From Callorhinchus milii (lineage: Eukaryota): a stretch of DNA of 64,000 bases. Shown in pieces: positions 1-12,530 of the stretch (its first letter is position 1; each line of letters begins with the position of its first letter). The stretch spans positions 133,860,001 to 133,924,000 of the forward strand of contig NW_024704742.1 in assembly GCF_018977255.1 (NCBI RefSeq), written 5' to 3'. Below the pieces are notes generated by a model, which did no database searches, was not told the origin of the DNA, and worked only from the letters and a program-made list of their open reading frames with translations. Position numbers and translations under genes: made by a program.

Positions 1-146
1 CGATGCCTCCACCTCACCCTCCGTACCCTGTTTTAGATCAAGACCTTCCTCTTCAACTGTGTTTACAGTCACCTACTCCCTCCCGCTCGGGCTCTGAGAC
101 ACTGCCCAGGGTGGAGGGTGCTATATAATTCCATGTTGTTGTTGTT
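1..146 (+). mobile_element. L2 LINE 3' end fragment
   Basis: Resembles the 3' UTR of the L2 at 10.6-12.2 kb (aagaccttcctcttcaactgtg...) and ends in gctatataa...(gtt)n. Confidence 0.7.
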
Positions 147-544
147 AATGGGGTCTGTATCCTTATAACAAAAAATTGCATTTATTTATAGTGCCCTTCA
201 AGTAAGATAATATCTCAGTGCATTTGAAAGTTATGCGATTGGATACCAAGTAAGGGAGGAGTGGGGAGGGTGGAGAGAGAGGTGACCATAGTCACTGTCA
301 AAGAGACAGGCTTTAAATGGGATTTAAAGACAGGTGGGTGAGTGGGGGGGAGGGAGTGAGTTCCAGAGGTTGGGGGTGTAGAATCTGAAAACTGAGCCAC
401 TAATGAGATCAAATAGACCTTCTCAACCCAGACCTCTCTTGTGACCTTGTGATAACCTATTGCAGCTGTTTAGCTGTGTACTTACTATTCACCTAATGAG
501 GGCTCAAACTCACGCTTTTCAGATGTTAAATTATTTACTGATGA

Positions 545-640
545 CTCTCCTCCTTGGCTGGAGGTAAGTGGGGTCTCCTTGGAGCTGAACTGGCTCCAAC
601 GTGGCATTTTTGGCAACAGATAATCGAGCTAACCCTCTGA
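545..640 (+). repeat. Unclassified dispersed repeat 'family X', 5' fragment
   Basis: 29 nt (560-588) identical to 27868-27896, with similarity continuing downstream. Confidence 0.7.
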
Positions 641-998
641 AGTGCAGTGTCTGTTTATTTGTTGGTGAATGTGAACCCTGAAACCAGTTTGCGAAGAGCA
701 ATATCCCAAAAAAAAGCCACAAAATGACTGACGCATTTTATTAGGAGGATTGTTGACCAAGCATTGGGAGAAACTCCCTTCTCTTTTCGAACAGTGTTAC
801 GGGATCTATGACTTTCACCTAATTGAATACAGACAGAGCCTTGGCTTAACATCTCACCTGAAGTGATGGCACTTGCGGCAATGCAGCTTCCCCCCATACC
901 CCACAGCACCGTATTGAAGTGTCAACCTACAGTACCTGAGTTCAACGTCTGAAACCCACAGCCTTGTGACTCAGAGTTGAGAGTGAGCAGCATGACAC
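640..998 (-). mobile_element. Deu-domain SINE (SacSINE1-like), degraded
   Basis: Reverse complement of the Deu core (gagaaactcccttctcttttcgaa...ggatct...ttaacatctca...ggcac) plus a head remnant (tgactcagag). Confidence 0.75.
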
Positions 999-1054
999 AG
1001 TTTTTTCATGGCATAGGCCAGCACGTCAATTACAAGAACTTAAGTCTTGTAATT

Positions 1055-1361
1055 GGAATCCTGTAGCTCAGTGGTTAGAGCCCTTGCCTCAAAAGCGAAA
1101 GTCCTGGGTTTGATTCCCGGCAGGGCAAAACCTTGGGCAAGTTTCCTTACTCCACACCCCTGATAATAATCCCTCAAGAAAAAGAACAATAATAAATTAA
1201 TCATTTTCAATCCATGGCTATTTGTGGGACACTGCTGTGCGCAATTGGCTGTCGCGTTTCATCCACAAATATACAGCCAATTCACTTTACTGCATATTCT
1301 GTGAAGCACTTTGAGACGTCGAGAAGACATGAAAAACGATATATCAAATGCAAGGATTATT
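1055..1361 (+). mobile_element. tRNA-headed SINE family A, short form
   Basis: A-box tagctcagtgg, B-box ggtttgattcc, ccttgggcaagtt core, tail ...atatcaaatgcaaggattat. Confidence 0.9.
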
Positions 1362-2274
1362 TTTTGTTTTACAAGAAAGTGAAACAGGGCGGACACTTTA
1401 AAAATGTCAGTACTTTTCCTCTAAATCCAGCCTGGCATTACTGTACTCTCTTAGTGTACGAGGATTGTTTACATTATCGCTCTCATTCCCACAGACGCTT
1501 TAAAGGAATTCACAGGGAATCAGCTAATCCGTGAACGATGAGATTGGAGCAGTACCTTGGGGCCTCTCAAGCCTGCATTACTATCGCAGTCCAGTGAGCT
1601 CCCTTCTCAGGGTGTTGCTGGATTCAACAGTTTATTTGATTGATCCCTGGGTTAACTGGGATGTCTCTTTTTTTACAGCATGATTCCCGAGGCTAGTGGC
1701 AGTAGGACAAAAAACAAGAGATAAGAGAGCTATGCATCGTGTCACTTAAACAGACACCACCTGTTTCTCTCTCACTCTCTTTCCTTCCACCTCTGCTGCC
1801 CTCTCCCTTTCCCTGAAAGCAGGGATCTGATCATCCTTTGCTCCTTGGCGTAATGTAGCCATTCAGAAAAAGGGTAGCCAGACACATACAAACACACACA
1901 CACATGCGCAAACCTATTCTGTGGGTGTCTGGGTTCCATTTGCTTGGAAGATTGGATTCAAACCAGGAGCAGGGTTTCCTATCTGAATTAACTCGTGCTC
2001 TGGATTAAGCTTCGATTTGTAATAGCATTTTATCGAGAAGTGATAAGACGACGAATAAAATGTAAGGATTATTATTATTTTTACCATATTATTATCATGT
2101 TGAAATGGCTCATGTTCGTTCCTCGCTTTTGATATCGTGTCTTTTGTGTCAGGAGGACATTTCAAAGCCCTTCACTGAATTCACCGCAAAGTGTAGTGAC
2201 TGTGTTTGTTTAGTGTAGTGACTGTGATGAGGCAGACAATTTTGGGCACAGTAACAACCCAGAAACAGCCCATA

Positions 2275-2590
2275 CAATAAAAAATTACATTTCTAAAGCG
2301 CCTTTCATGATCGGGAGGACGTCCCAAGGCACTGAACAGTCAAGGATTTGGACCCGAGCTGGGGGTCGGGATCGGGGAGTGTGGAGGTTAGGGAAGGTAG
2401 GAAGATGGCCAAAGGTACAGTGGAAGAAGAAGGTTTTGAAACGCGCCTTGATGGAGGCAAGGGAGGGAGCGAGGTGGAGGGAATGTGGGATGAAGTTCCA
2501 CAGGATCGGGGTAGAAAGGCTGAAGGCCCAATCGCCGATGGTGGGGTGGGCTGGGACATGGAGAAAGCTGGAGCCTGCTGAGGCCATGAA
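2275..2590 (-). mobile_element. L2 LINE 3' end
   Basis: Reverse complement of the L2 ORF2 C-terminus/3' UTR and tail (ttgggacgtcctcccga...aaaggcgct). Confidence 0.85.
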
Positions 2591-2802
2591 AGGAATGACA
2601 TTTTTTTATATATCTGGGGGGATTTGTTAGCAAGAACATAGGGTAACATCCTTCTCTTTCTGAATGGTGACATGATGGTCTTTAATGTCTAGCTGAACAA
2701 GCAGACTGGACCTAGGTTTAGCGTTTCACCCGACCACTGACATAGGTTGTGACCGAAACGCAGCAACTAATTGTGCGCAGCAAACAGTCGTGGATTATCA
2801 GA

Positions 2803-4510
2803 GTAACCATTAAACAAGTACTTTGCTATTGTCTTCACCTTAGAAGACACTGAAAACCTACCAAGAATAGAGGGGAACCAAGAAGACAATGTTAGCGAGC
2901 AACTTGGGGGAATTAATATTAGTAAAGAAATGGTTTTAGGTAAATTATCAGGTCTTAAAACTGATAAATCCCCTGAACCTGATGGCCTACATCCTAGGGT
3001 TTTAAAAGAGTGGCTATTCAGATAGTGGATGGCTTGTCTTTGATCTTCCAAAATTCTCTGGATTCTGGAATGGTTCCCATTGATTGGAAGATTGCAAACG
3101 TATCACCACTATTTAAGAAGGGTGGGAGAGAAAAGATGGGAAACTATAGACCAGTGAGTCTAGGATCAGTGGTAGGGAAAATTCTTGAGTCCTTAATTAA
3201 AGATGTCGTTATGGGATTCCTGGAAGACCATAACAAGATTAGGCAAAGTCAACATGGCTTTACAAAAGGGAAGTCATGCTTAACTAATCTTTTAGAGTTT
3301 TTTGAAGATGTATCTAGCAGGTTAGATAGGGGGGAACCAGTAGATGTAGTATATTTAGATTTTAAGAAGGCATTTGACAAAGTGCCACACAAAAGGCTAT
3401 TGCACAAGGTTAAGGCCCATGGGATTAATGGGAACATATTAGCATGGATTGAAGAGTGGCTAACGGGTAGAAAACAGAGAGGAGGGATAAACGGGTCATT
3501 CTCGAATTGGCAGGATGTGACTAGTGGAGTGCCACAAGGATCAGTGCTTGGGCCTCAGCTATTTACAATTTACATCAATGATCTAGACGAGGACATTGAA
3601 TGTAACGTATCTAAATTCGCGGATGACACCAAGCTAGGTGGGAGAGTAAGCTCTGAGGATGATGCAAAAAGATTGCAACAGGATAGAGATAGGCTAAGGG
3701 AGTGGGCGAGTAGGTGGCAGATGGAATTTAATGTGGGGAAGTGTGAAGTTATTCACCTAGGTAGCAAAAATAGAAAAACAGATTATTTTCTAGAGGGGGA
3801 GAGATTAGATAGTGTTAGTGTTCAGAAGGATTTGGGTGTCCTTGTATACCAGTCTCAAAAGTTAGTTTGCAGGTGCAGCAGCAACTAAGAAGGCGAACGG
3901 CATGTTAGCGTTCATTGCAAAAGGTTTAGAGTACAAGAGTAGGGAAGTCTTGCTGCAACTGTATAGGGCCTTGGTGAGACCGCACCTAGAGTATTGTGTG
4001 CAGTTTTGGTCTCCTTATTTAAAAAAAGACATACTTGCCTTAGAGGGGGTGCAGCGTAGATTCACTCGGTTAGTTCCTGGGATGAGGGGACTGACCAATG
4101 AGGATAGGCTGAATAAACTAGGGCTGTATTCTCTAGAGTACAGAAGAATTAGGCGAGATCTTATTGAAACATATAAGATTCTTAAAGGACTGGATAAAGT
4201 AGACACTGAGGGACTGTTTCCCCTGGTAGGAGAATCTGTAACCAGGGGTCACAGTCTTAAAATTAAGGGTTAGCCTTTTAGAACAGAGTTGAGGAAACAT
4301 TTCTTCACTTAGAGGGAGTGAATTTATGGAATTCACTATCCCAGAAGGCTGTAGATGCTCAGTCCTTGAACATCTTCAAGGCTGAGACTGATAGATTTTT
4401 TTAAAAAGAGGATTAGGGGATATGGCGATAGGGCAGGTAATTAGAGTTAGACTCAGATGATCAGCCACGATCATATCGAATGGCGGGGCAGGCTCGAGGG
4501 GCCGAATGGA
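2803..4510 (+). mobile_element. CR1-clade LINE (HER1-like), 5'-truncated, with disrupted ORF2 RT and 3' UTR
   Basis: Translation gives LNKYFA.VFT, KSP.PDGLHPRVLKE, NYRPVSL, QHGF.KGKSCLTNL, YLDFKKAFDKVPH, GVPQGSVLGP, FADD (3616-3627), LVRPHLEYCVQFWSP, TRGHSLK. Frameshifts near 3009, 3860 and 3880; stops at 4271 and ~4310. Confidence 0.97.
3010..3888 (+). pseudogene. CR1 ORF2 reverse transcriptase domain (longest open segment, 292 aa)
   Basis: Canonical non-LTR RT motifs; no endonuclease domain or true start; bounded by frameshifts. Confidence 0.95.
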
Positions 4511-4549
4511 ATGGCTGAATTTTCCGGGCCAAGCGCAAAACTTGAGGCA

Positions 4550-4672
4550 TAAATGAGGGAGAAGGGTATACACAAGGGAATAGGAGGCATGTGGTGGCTT
4601 ATGTGAAACATAAACACCAGCATGGACCAGTTGGGCTGTTTCCGTGCCGTATCATTCTGTGTAGCTCTATGA
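4550..4672 (+). mobile_element. CR1 3' tail fragment (second subfamily)
   Basis: cataaacaccagcatggaccagttggg...ctgtttccgtgccgta...ctatg; similar copy at ~16590-16726. Confidence 0.65.
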
Positions 4673-5656
4673 ATCGCCCTGAGGTCAGACTGTCAAATAA
4701 TTAAACCGCAAATGCGTCACACAGAGAGGAACAAACACACAGCAGGATGCCCGCTGGCTACTGCAGCCTGGCTCGCCGTCCGTAGGGTGAATAGGGGCAC
4801 TTGTGGGTAGCCGTGTCCGCTCAGTGTTGCGCGACGGTAAAGTGATTGTAGATGTCAGTGCTTAGGTGCTCAAATCCATTCATTCCCTACTTCTCCGACC
4901 TCCTCACTCCCCAATCCACTGCTCGACTAGCACCCATCTGCCACTTGTCCCTCGCACCCTCCGCTTCACCATTGGAGGTCACGCTTTCTGCCACTTAGAC
5001 CGAAACTGTGGAACACTCTCCCTCAATCCCACGATACCCTTCATGGAGGGTGCTATATAAGTGCAAGTTGTTGGTGTTGTTAGGGTCTCTCCCCGAAAGC
5101 CAAAGGGGGTTCGCATCACTGCAAATTTTGTTTCCTTACAGAATTTGAAGCAAGATTTGGGAACCGATACTGTTTAAGCGTAAACTTTAGCTGCCAAACT
5201 TTAAGGAACATTTAGAAATAATTAACTCTTTACGTAGTCAAGCACTCCGGGATGCTACCTCGCGTGTGAGGCACTATATAAATGCAGTTGTTGTTGTTGT
5301 AGTAGAACATTACAGCGCAGAAACAGGTTATTCAGACCAAGTCCACACTTCTGTTTTCTCCACTTGAGCCATCTGGTCTAACCCCACTCTCCTGCTCACT
5401 CCCTCATCCCCCCAACCGCACACATACCCTTTAACATTTCTCTTATTTAAGTATCTCATTCCCTTTTAAAAGTATCTATGGATTCTAGTTTAATGTAGCA
5501 CACAAGACAAGGTGAAGAATGCTCTAAAAATACAAGTCGTTGTTGTTTCCTCAAAACAGTTTTGTTGTCAAAACACAATCCAATCCATCCTCCTTATAAA
5601 TATTTGTATTCTAACTTCCCCTTTCAATTACTTACCCACACGTGTACACTGACCTA

Positions 5657-5776
5657 TACTGTCACACACCTACTCACACTGTGACACACTTACCTGCACT
5701 TTGACACACTCACCCGTACTGTCACACACTCACCCGCACTGTGACACATTCACCTGCACTGTCACACATTTACCGA
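5657..5776. repeat. 20-bp minisatellite (cactgtgacacactcacctg)n, ~6 units
   Basis: Visible tandem periodicity. Confidence 0.85.
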
Positions 5777-6653
5777 AAGTTAGTCCCAGAGACAGTCGCT
5801 CAATGACGCAGACCCACCATTCGCGTAGGATCACCCCTGTATTGTTTGTGGGTTGATGTTTGTCGAGCTCTCAGGCGACATGTTATGAAAACACTTCAAT
5901 CAAATGGAATTTAAGAAAAGAGCCACAGCACTTAGCTCTGATGAATCTACATTCTTTCCCCCAAAACCACCTTAAGATTCAGTCAGTCTGCCTCTGGAAA
6001 ACCAGTTGCTCTAAAGAATCAATCTTTACATGACTATATTTGTGGGACGTTTCTGTGCGCCATTGTGTTGCCATGTTTGCCCACAAATACACCAACAATT
6101 TCACCAACAAAATATAGTCGATTCACTTTGCAATACATTCTGTGAAGCGCTATGAGCCATCTCGACGACGTGATAAGGCGCTATATCAAATGCAAGGATT
6201 ATGTTATGTTATTATTACACAGTCACTCCATTTCACTGTGAAGTGCTTTGAGACATCCTTCCATCGTGATAAGGTGCTACACCAAATGCAAGGTTTATTA
6301 TAAAAATTATTATTATTCATTACATGGCAGTTTATGCGACATTGTAATGCGTAAATTGTTTGCCATGTTTATATAATAACCAACCTTGCATTTGATGTAG
6401 CGCCTTTCACATTAGGAGGATGTCTCAAAGAGTTTCACAAGATTGCCTGTGAAGTGCAGTATTTTGCAGGTGAAAGCAGCAGACCATTTGTGCACAGCAA
6501 TCTCCCATGATCAGCCATGAAGCGAATGACCTGTTTATCTGGGGGATTGCTGGCCAAGAGAAAATCCCTTTAATTGCAAAGGTGTGCGAATTGACTTGCT
6601 CAGGGCATGAAAATTGGGTGCAGATTAGGCCAAAGCTACCACTGTGTGCCAAC

Positions 6654-6795
6654 TCACAACCTACAACCTCACACACAACCCATACACAACCTCTCACATA
6701 AACCCACACGCAACCTCCACGCACAAATCTATGCACAAACCCGTGCACAACTCCATACACAACCTCAAATGCAACCCCACAGACCCAACCCCATC
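6654..6795. repeat. Degenerate CA-rich ~12-bp tandem repeat (cacacaacctca-like)
   Basis: Recurring acaacc motif at ~12-nt spacing. Confidence 0.6.
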
Positions 6796-7437
6796 CATCA
6801 GACGCAGATATCTATCCATGTAGTAGCCCACATCAGGAGTTTGAGACTCCTAGGCTGACACTCGAGTGCAGCATTAATAGTCTTATCTGCCTATTCAGGT
6901 GGAACATTAAAGATACCAGGGAATGAAAGGAGAAGGGAGTTTTGTCCAGGTGAAAACAGACAGAAGAATGGGAGGGATGGCATGACAATGATATGAGACA
7001 TGATGTGACACTCCTATGGCGGGTGTTTTCTCCTGACTCACCACAACAGAGAGGTGAGGGACAATAGCTGTCAATGAGCTGAAGCTTGTTCCTCTCACTG
7101 ATAAAGCCTGATGTCGGCCCATGTAAAGCCTGCATCATGGCCTGTCGCTTCCCAAAGCATTGGCGGCACCTGTGGTCCTCTTGTCATCAACATGCAGCTG
7201 GAACAGCCGCTGGACAAAAGGCCCAGAATGTAAACAGCGGAAGCGGGGGATGAAAGGGGGAAGCACCCATGTGTCTCTACAAAGACAAGACAACCTACGG
7301 GAGACAGGGCAGGTCGTGAATCAATTAACACTGCGCTGAAACATTGACTCACGAACACCTCACTCGATAAATAACAATCCTTGCATTCGATACAACTCTT
7401 CCAAACAAAGAGCTCAAAGTCGCTGTCAAGTGACATA

Positions 7438-7771
7438 AATAATAATAATAATAATAATAATCCTTGCATTTGATATAGCGCTTTTCACGTCGGGAGGACG
7501 TCCCAAAGCGCTTCACAGAACACACTGTAAAGTGAATTGACTGTAAATTTGTGGGCGAACGCGGCAGCCAATTGCGCACAGCAATGTCCCACAAACAGTC
7601 GTAGATTGAAAATGACCAATTTTTATTATTGTTTTTTGGGTTTTTTGGAGGGATTATTATTAGGCTCTGTGTGGAGCAAGGAAACTTGCCCAAGATTTCG
7701 CCCTGCCTGGAATTGAACTCAGGTCTCTCACTTGCAAAGCGAGTGCTCTAACCACTGAGCTACAGGACTTC
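7438..7771 (-). mobile_element. SINE family A, short form, young full-length copy
   Basis: Near-identical to the copies at 14528, 19429 and 45277; (att)n tail. Confidence 0.95.
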
Positions 7772-7779
7772 TTATAAAA

Positions 7780-7922
7780 AGATAAGAATTGATAGACGAA
7801 AGAAGGCCAAGGTCTATATAGTTTGCTTTCTACCATCCTGGCAGTCGAATCTACATGTCACGTCCCAAACTATATTCTGTGTCCCAAGATATAATTTCCT
7901 AAAATAAATCTATCTAATTTGA
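7780..7922 (-). mobile_element. CR1 3' UTR fragment (third subfamily)
   Basis: Matches the reverse complement of 35880-36010, which follows a CR1 ORF2 C-terminus; another copy at 39938-40052. Confidence 0.7.
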
Positions 7923-7989
7923 CTATGACTGCGATGTCAGCCAGGAGATAAGTAACTGGCCAACTCATTCCAGCCAGTTCAAGAGAAAC

Positions 7990-8193
7990 TCTCTTTTTTT
8001 GGATAGCGCCTTGGGATCTGTAACCGTCAGGCAGGTGGGACCTCGATCTAATGCCTGTCCCGAAGGTCAGCACTTGTTGCAATGCAATGCTTCCCCCCTC
8101 CCCCCCGGATTGTGAGTTTAGAGTCCTGTCGTGGGGCTTGAACCCACGACCTCCTGACTCGAGAGATGAGAGTGGCACCGACTGAGCCGGGCT
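7990..8193 (-). mobile_element. Deu-SINE 5' half
   Basis: ggggcttgaaccca...ctgactc...gagtg...actgagccgggctg (B-box and A-box on the minus strand). Confidence 0.8.
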
Positions 8194-9213
8194 GTTCAAC
8201 TGACTTTCTGTCGATTTCCACTTATCCCACGAATTGAAGCAGAAAATTCTCAAGAGAAAGAAATTAATCCGACGTCCACCGGAGTGAGGGGTGGGGGCGG
8301 GAGGGGATTACAGCTGCCTCCAGCTTTGATGAGATTCGAACTATCTCAATTCACACTGCATCACCAAATTAAGTTAATCTGAACTTTTCCACCGTCTCTG
8401 ACCCCTCCTCTCCCCCCACCCTCCCGACAAATGTAGTCCTCAGTAAATGATCTTACGGGATACTCATTGCAACCTCGTAATACAAGACTTCCTTCTTCTT
8501 CCCCTGCCCTCTGGAATTCTTTCATTAATTCCCTACAGCGCACCCTCCCGCTCTGCTTTCAAAAAAGTTATCTCTGTGACTGCACTTTTGCAGTCAATCA
8601 TAGGCAGTCATAGAGGTAACCCCATCTCCTTTACCCCTACCTCCTCTCCTACAATGTTCAGGCTCCCATTGTGTCTCTATGAGGAGCGTCAAGATGTTTT
8701 CCTGCATGGAAAGTGCTGTATAAATCTAATTTGTTTGTTTGCTGACCCCAACTCCCAAAGTAAGATTGACAATCTACAACCCCTCCTCTCCCCACCCCAA
8801 TAAGATTGGCCATTCGTGTCGAGGATGCTTGTGAGGCATTGCTGTGCACAAATTGGCCTCCGTGTTCGCCTGCCAAACACATGGTCACTACACTTGACAG
8901 TAAAATCCTGTGAAATCCCAGAATGAAAGGCGCTGGATCAAATGCAAAGATTATAAGTGGATCACATCAGAGCAGAAATCCTGTGGGTTAGGGTGATGTA
9001 ATCCAGGTTATCACCAGGAGCCTCTCTCTCCCTTTCCCCCTTTTGCTGTAGAACTATAGAAATTTACAGCACAGAAAAAAGCCATTTGGCCCATTGTGTC
9101 TGTGCTGACTCTTTTAAGAACAATCCACTCTTTTACTCTTTTAAGAGCAATCCCTGCACTTTCCCCATTTCTCTGTTGTCTCCCATTTGCATTACTCAAA
9201 TAGTTCTCCAGGG

Positions 9214-9582
9214 AATAAAAACAGAGGTCGCTGGGAACACTCAATAGGTCAGGCAGCATCCATGAAGAGAGGAACGTGAGTTAATGTTTCAGTTCGATGA
9301 CCTTTTGTCAGAACTGGGGCATGTTGGAAGGGACAATTTATAAGGACAAACAGAGAAGGGGCAGGGAAAGAAAGACAAAGAAGATAATTAGGTGGAAGAC
9401 AGGAGATGATGAAATCACAGAGGTGTTGATGATGCATGACAATGAAGGCAATAGTGGGAGATTAGAGAAAGACTGTTTATCCTTATAAACTACTTTCCCC
9501 TCTCCATAGATGCTGCCTGAACTGCTGACTGTTCCGGCAACTCCTGTTTTTATTTCAGATTTGTAGCGTCTGCGGTATTTTC
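9214..9582. mobile_element. Penelope-like element remnant with inverted terminal arms
   Basis: Arms 9214-9272 and 9499-9554 are reverse complements (aataaaaacag...tcaggcagcatc / gatgctgcctga...ctgtttttatt); hammerhead-like core next to the left arm. Confidence 0.75.
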
Positions 9583-9617
9583 CTTATTAATGAATCCCAT
9601 TTAGAAATATCGCAGGT

Positions 9618-9993
9618 TAATAATAATAATCCTTGCATTTGATATACCGCCTTATCACGTCTTCAAGACTTGGATTTATATAGCGCCCTCCACACCGGAT
9701 GGCGTCTCAAAGTGCTTTGCAGAATATACTGTAAAGTGAATTGACTGTATATTTTTGCGGCGAAACGCAGCAGCCAATTGCGCACAGCAGTGTCCCACAG
9801 TGCATTGAGTGACCAAATTATTTTAATTTATTTTGAAAGAATTATTACTGGAAAAGGGATCCGCCAATCGACTAACAACCAGGTTCCTACTTACTGCTAG
9901 GTAAACAGAGGAGTGTAGAGTAAGAAAACTTGCCCAGTGTTTCGCCCTGCTGGGAATCAAACCCAGGTCCTTTTGCTTGTGAGTTGAGTGCTA
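9618..9993 (-). mobile_element. SINE family A, long form
   Basis: Has the extra block gttcctacttactgctaggtaaacagagg plus head and tail. Confidence 0.9.
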
Positions 9994-10604
9994 GACCCTT
10001 TTCCTCCCCCACCCCACTCTCCCCTATGATCTCCAGCCTGATCCAGCCTGTGCCTCTCAGGAAGCTGTGATGGCTTGTGAGCTGAACTGTGTGCCTGCGT
10101 CCGTCATAATTATATAATAATGGCACATTAGAGAGGTCAACAAATCATCTCGTTCTGTTAACAGCGATTGTTGTTGTCCAGGGACTGAATCGTCCCATTG
10201 TACAAAGGAGCAGATCTAAGACTGGGGAACAGTGCTGTCTCCACAAGTGCCTTATTGTGACATCCGGCCAGAACTCAGACCATGACTCAGAAACTTGTCT
10301 CTGGACTGACGTGTCATTCATAATTACTGTGGTGTAATTTCGCCCTCAAAATGCCCAGTGACTCAATTTTACAGCACATGGTCTTGAGATTTCCTCCCCG
10401 GCGTGAAAGGCTCTGTGTCAAATGCAAGGTTTGTTATCATTATTGCAGTGACGTTCTGTTTATTGAATCCTCAATTTGACAGTGAAAATTCATAGAATCA
10501 TAGAATAATATTACAGCGCACAAGGACTCTACTCATCCCATCGTGGTTTGCCGGCTCTTTGGAAGAGCTACCCAATCAGTCCTACTCCACCACTCTTTTG
10601 GTTG

Positions 10605-12185
10605 ACCCCATCCCCACCCCTCTCCTTACCTTCCAGCTCCACTTCCTTCCCCCTCTACTCTCCGACATCATCAACCTCTCCCTATCATCTGACACCGTTC
10701 CCATTCCCCCTAAAAACAGCGATAATCACCCCCATCCTGAAAAAATCTTCCCTGTACCCATCCCTGTTTTCTAACTACTGCCCTATCTCCAACCTCCCTT
10801 TTCATTCCAAGATCCTTGAAATAATTGTTGGTTTCCAGTTTTGCTCCTTCTTCTCCTACCATTCCCTTCATGAGCCCCTCCAATCAGGTTTCCTTGTTGC
10901 CCACAACATTCCGTCCATCTGTGACCAGGGCTCTCTCTGCCACCATGTCCTCCTCGACCTCTCTGCTGCCTTCCTTATCATTGACCACTCCATCCTCCTC
11001 CACTGCCTCCCCTCTCACCTCAACCTTCAAGGTTCTGTACTTGAATGGTTCAGGTCTTATCTCTCACCCCGTCTTCAATTTGTCACCGCCAAAGGTTTCT
11101 CTTCCAGCCCCCCCACCCCACAGTCTTGTGCAGCGTTCCTCAGGGCTCTGTCCTTGGTCCCCTCCTCTTGGATCTCTATTTGCTCCCACGTGGTGACATG
11201 ATTCTCAGACATGGGGTTAGCTTCACATGTATGCGGATGATGTCCAACTCTACCTCTCTGCCTCCACCCTCAATTCCAGGACCACTGCTGTCCTGACAGA
11301 ATATCAGTTGGACATCAAGTCCTGGATGAGAACCAACTTTCTACAGCTGAATGTCAGCAAGACCGAGGTCCTCCTGATTCGCTCGCACCATCGTCTCCAC
11401 ACCTCAGGCACTGTCAGCATCATCATTCTGGGATAACACACCACCTCACCAAGCCAGTCAGGAACCTGGGCATCTTGTTTGACCCTCAACTTTCCTTTCT
11501 CCCCTATATCCATGCCATTACCTGCTCTGCCTTCCCCCACCTCTTCTACATTACCCAACTTCACCCCTGCCTCACCCCTCAGGCCACCAAAATCCTCATT
11601 TATGCATTCGTCACCTTAAGGCTCGACTATGGAAATTCTTCCTTGTCAGTCTCCCCAACTCTTCCCTCCAAAAGCTGCAGTTCATCCAGAACTCTGCAGC
11701 TCGTGTCTTCTCTTGCACCAGGCTCCATGACCCCATTACACAAACTCTTGCCCAGCTCCACTGTCTCCTCATCCTTCAGAGGATAGAATTCAAAATCCTT
11801 GTCCTCACTTTCAAGGGCCTTCACGGCCTTGCCCCCTCCTATTTCTCTGACCTGTTAACCTACTATTAAACTGCCCGCTCCCTCTGTTCAGCATACGTTG
11901 GCCTGCTCCTTGTCTCCTGCCTGACCCACGCTACCATCGGTGGCCAGGCTTTCAGCCTCTCTGCCCCACTCTTTGGAACTCCATCCCACCATCCCTTCAC
12001 CTTTTTCCTTCTCTTGCCTCCTCCAAAACACGACTCAAGACCCTCCTTTTCAACCTTGTCTTCAGCCGCCCTCCTACCTCTTTGCCTTCCCAACCCTGCG
12101 CCCCCTGCTCCCTGACTGTTCAGCGCTTTGGAGCGTCCTCCCAATGTGAAAGGCGGTTCACAAATAATGTAATTTTGTTGTTGTT
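10605..12185 (+). mobile_element. L2-clade LINE, 5'-truncated, degenerate ORF2 RT through 3' tail
   Basis: Peptides PILKK...NYCPISNLPF.SKILE, QSGF, LLDLSAAF, VPQGSVLGP, YADD (11230-11241), WMRTNFLQLNVSKTE, RLDYGNS; multiple frameshifts; (ttg)n tail. Confidence 0.95.
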
Positions 12186-12530
12186 TCCCCACAGCCTTGC
12201 ATTTTTTTCCTTCTCAAGTGCCTATCCAATTCCCTTTTTGAAAATTGTTTTTGAATCTGTTTCCACCACCCTTTTGGGCAGTGCATTCCAGACCGTAACA
12301 ACTCCCTGGGTGAAAAAAATTCTCCTCATCTCCCCTCTAGTTCTTTTGCCAATTATCTTAAATCTATGTCCCCTGGTTACCGACCCACCTGCCAGTGGAA
12401 ACAGTTTCTCCTTACTGACTCTTTCAAAACCCGTCATAATTTTGAACACCTCTATTAAATCTCCCTTTAACCTTCTCTGCTCTAAGGAGAACAATCTTAC
12501 CTTCTCTAGTCTCTAGTCTCTCCACGTAAA
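12186..12530 (-). mobile_element. CR1 ORF2 C-terminal fragment
   Basis: FSLEQRRLKGDLIEVFKIM...TRGHRFK...FFTQ.VV.VWNALP. Confidence 0.92.

Noticed and set aside
2737..2760. ctgacataggttgtgaccgaaacg, superficially a hammerhead core
   Set aside because: The gaaacg portion belongs to a minus-strand SINE A fragment (gtgggcgaaacgcggcagccaattg), and CUGANGA is not matched.
5657..5776. Regularly spaced repeats suggestive of CRISPR (also 15862-16160)
   Set aside because: Contiguous degenerate units without unique spacers, no cas genes, and a vertebrate context.
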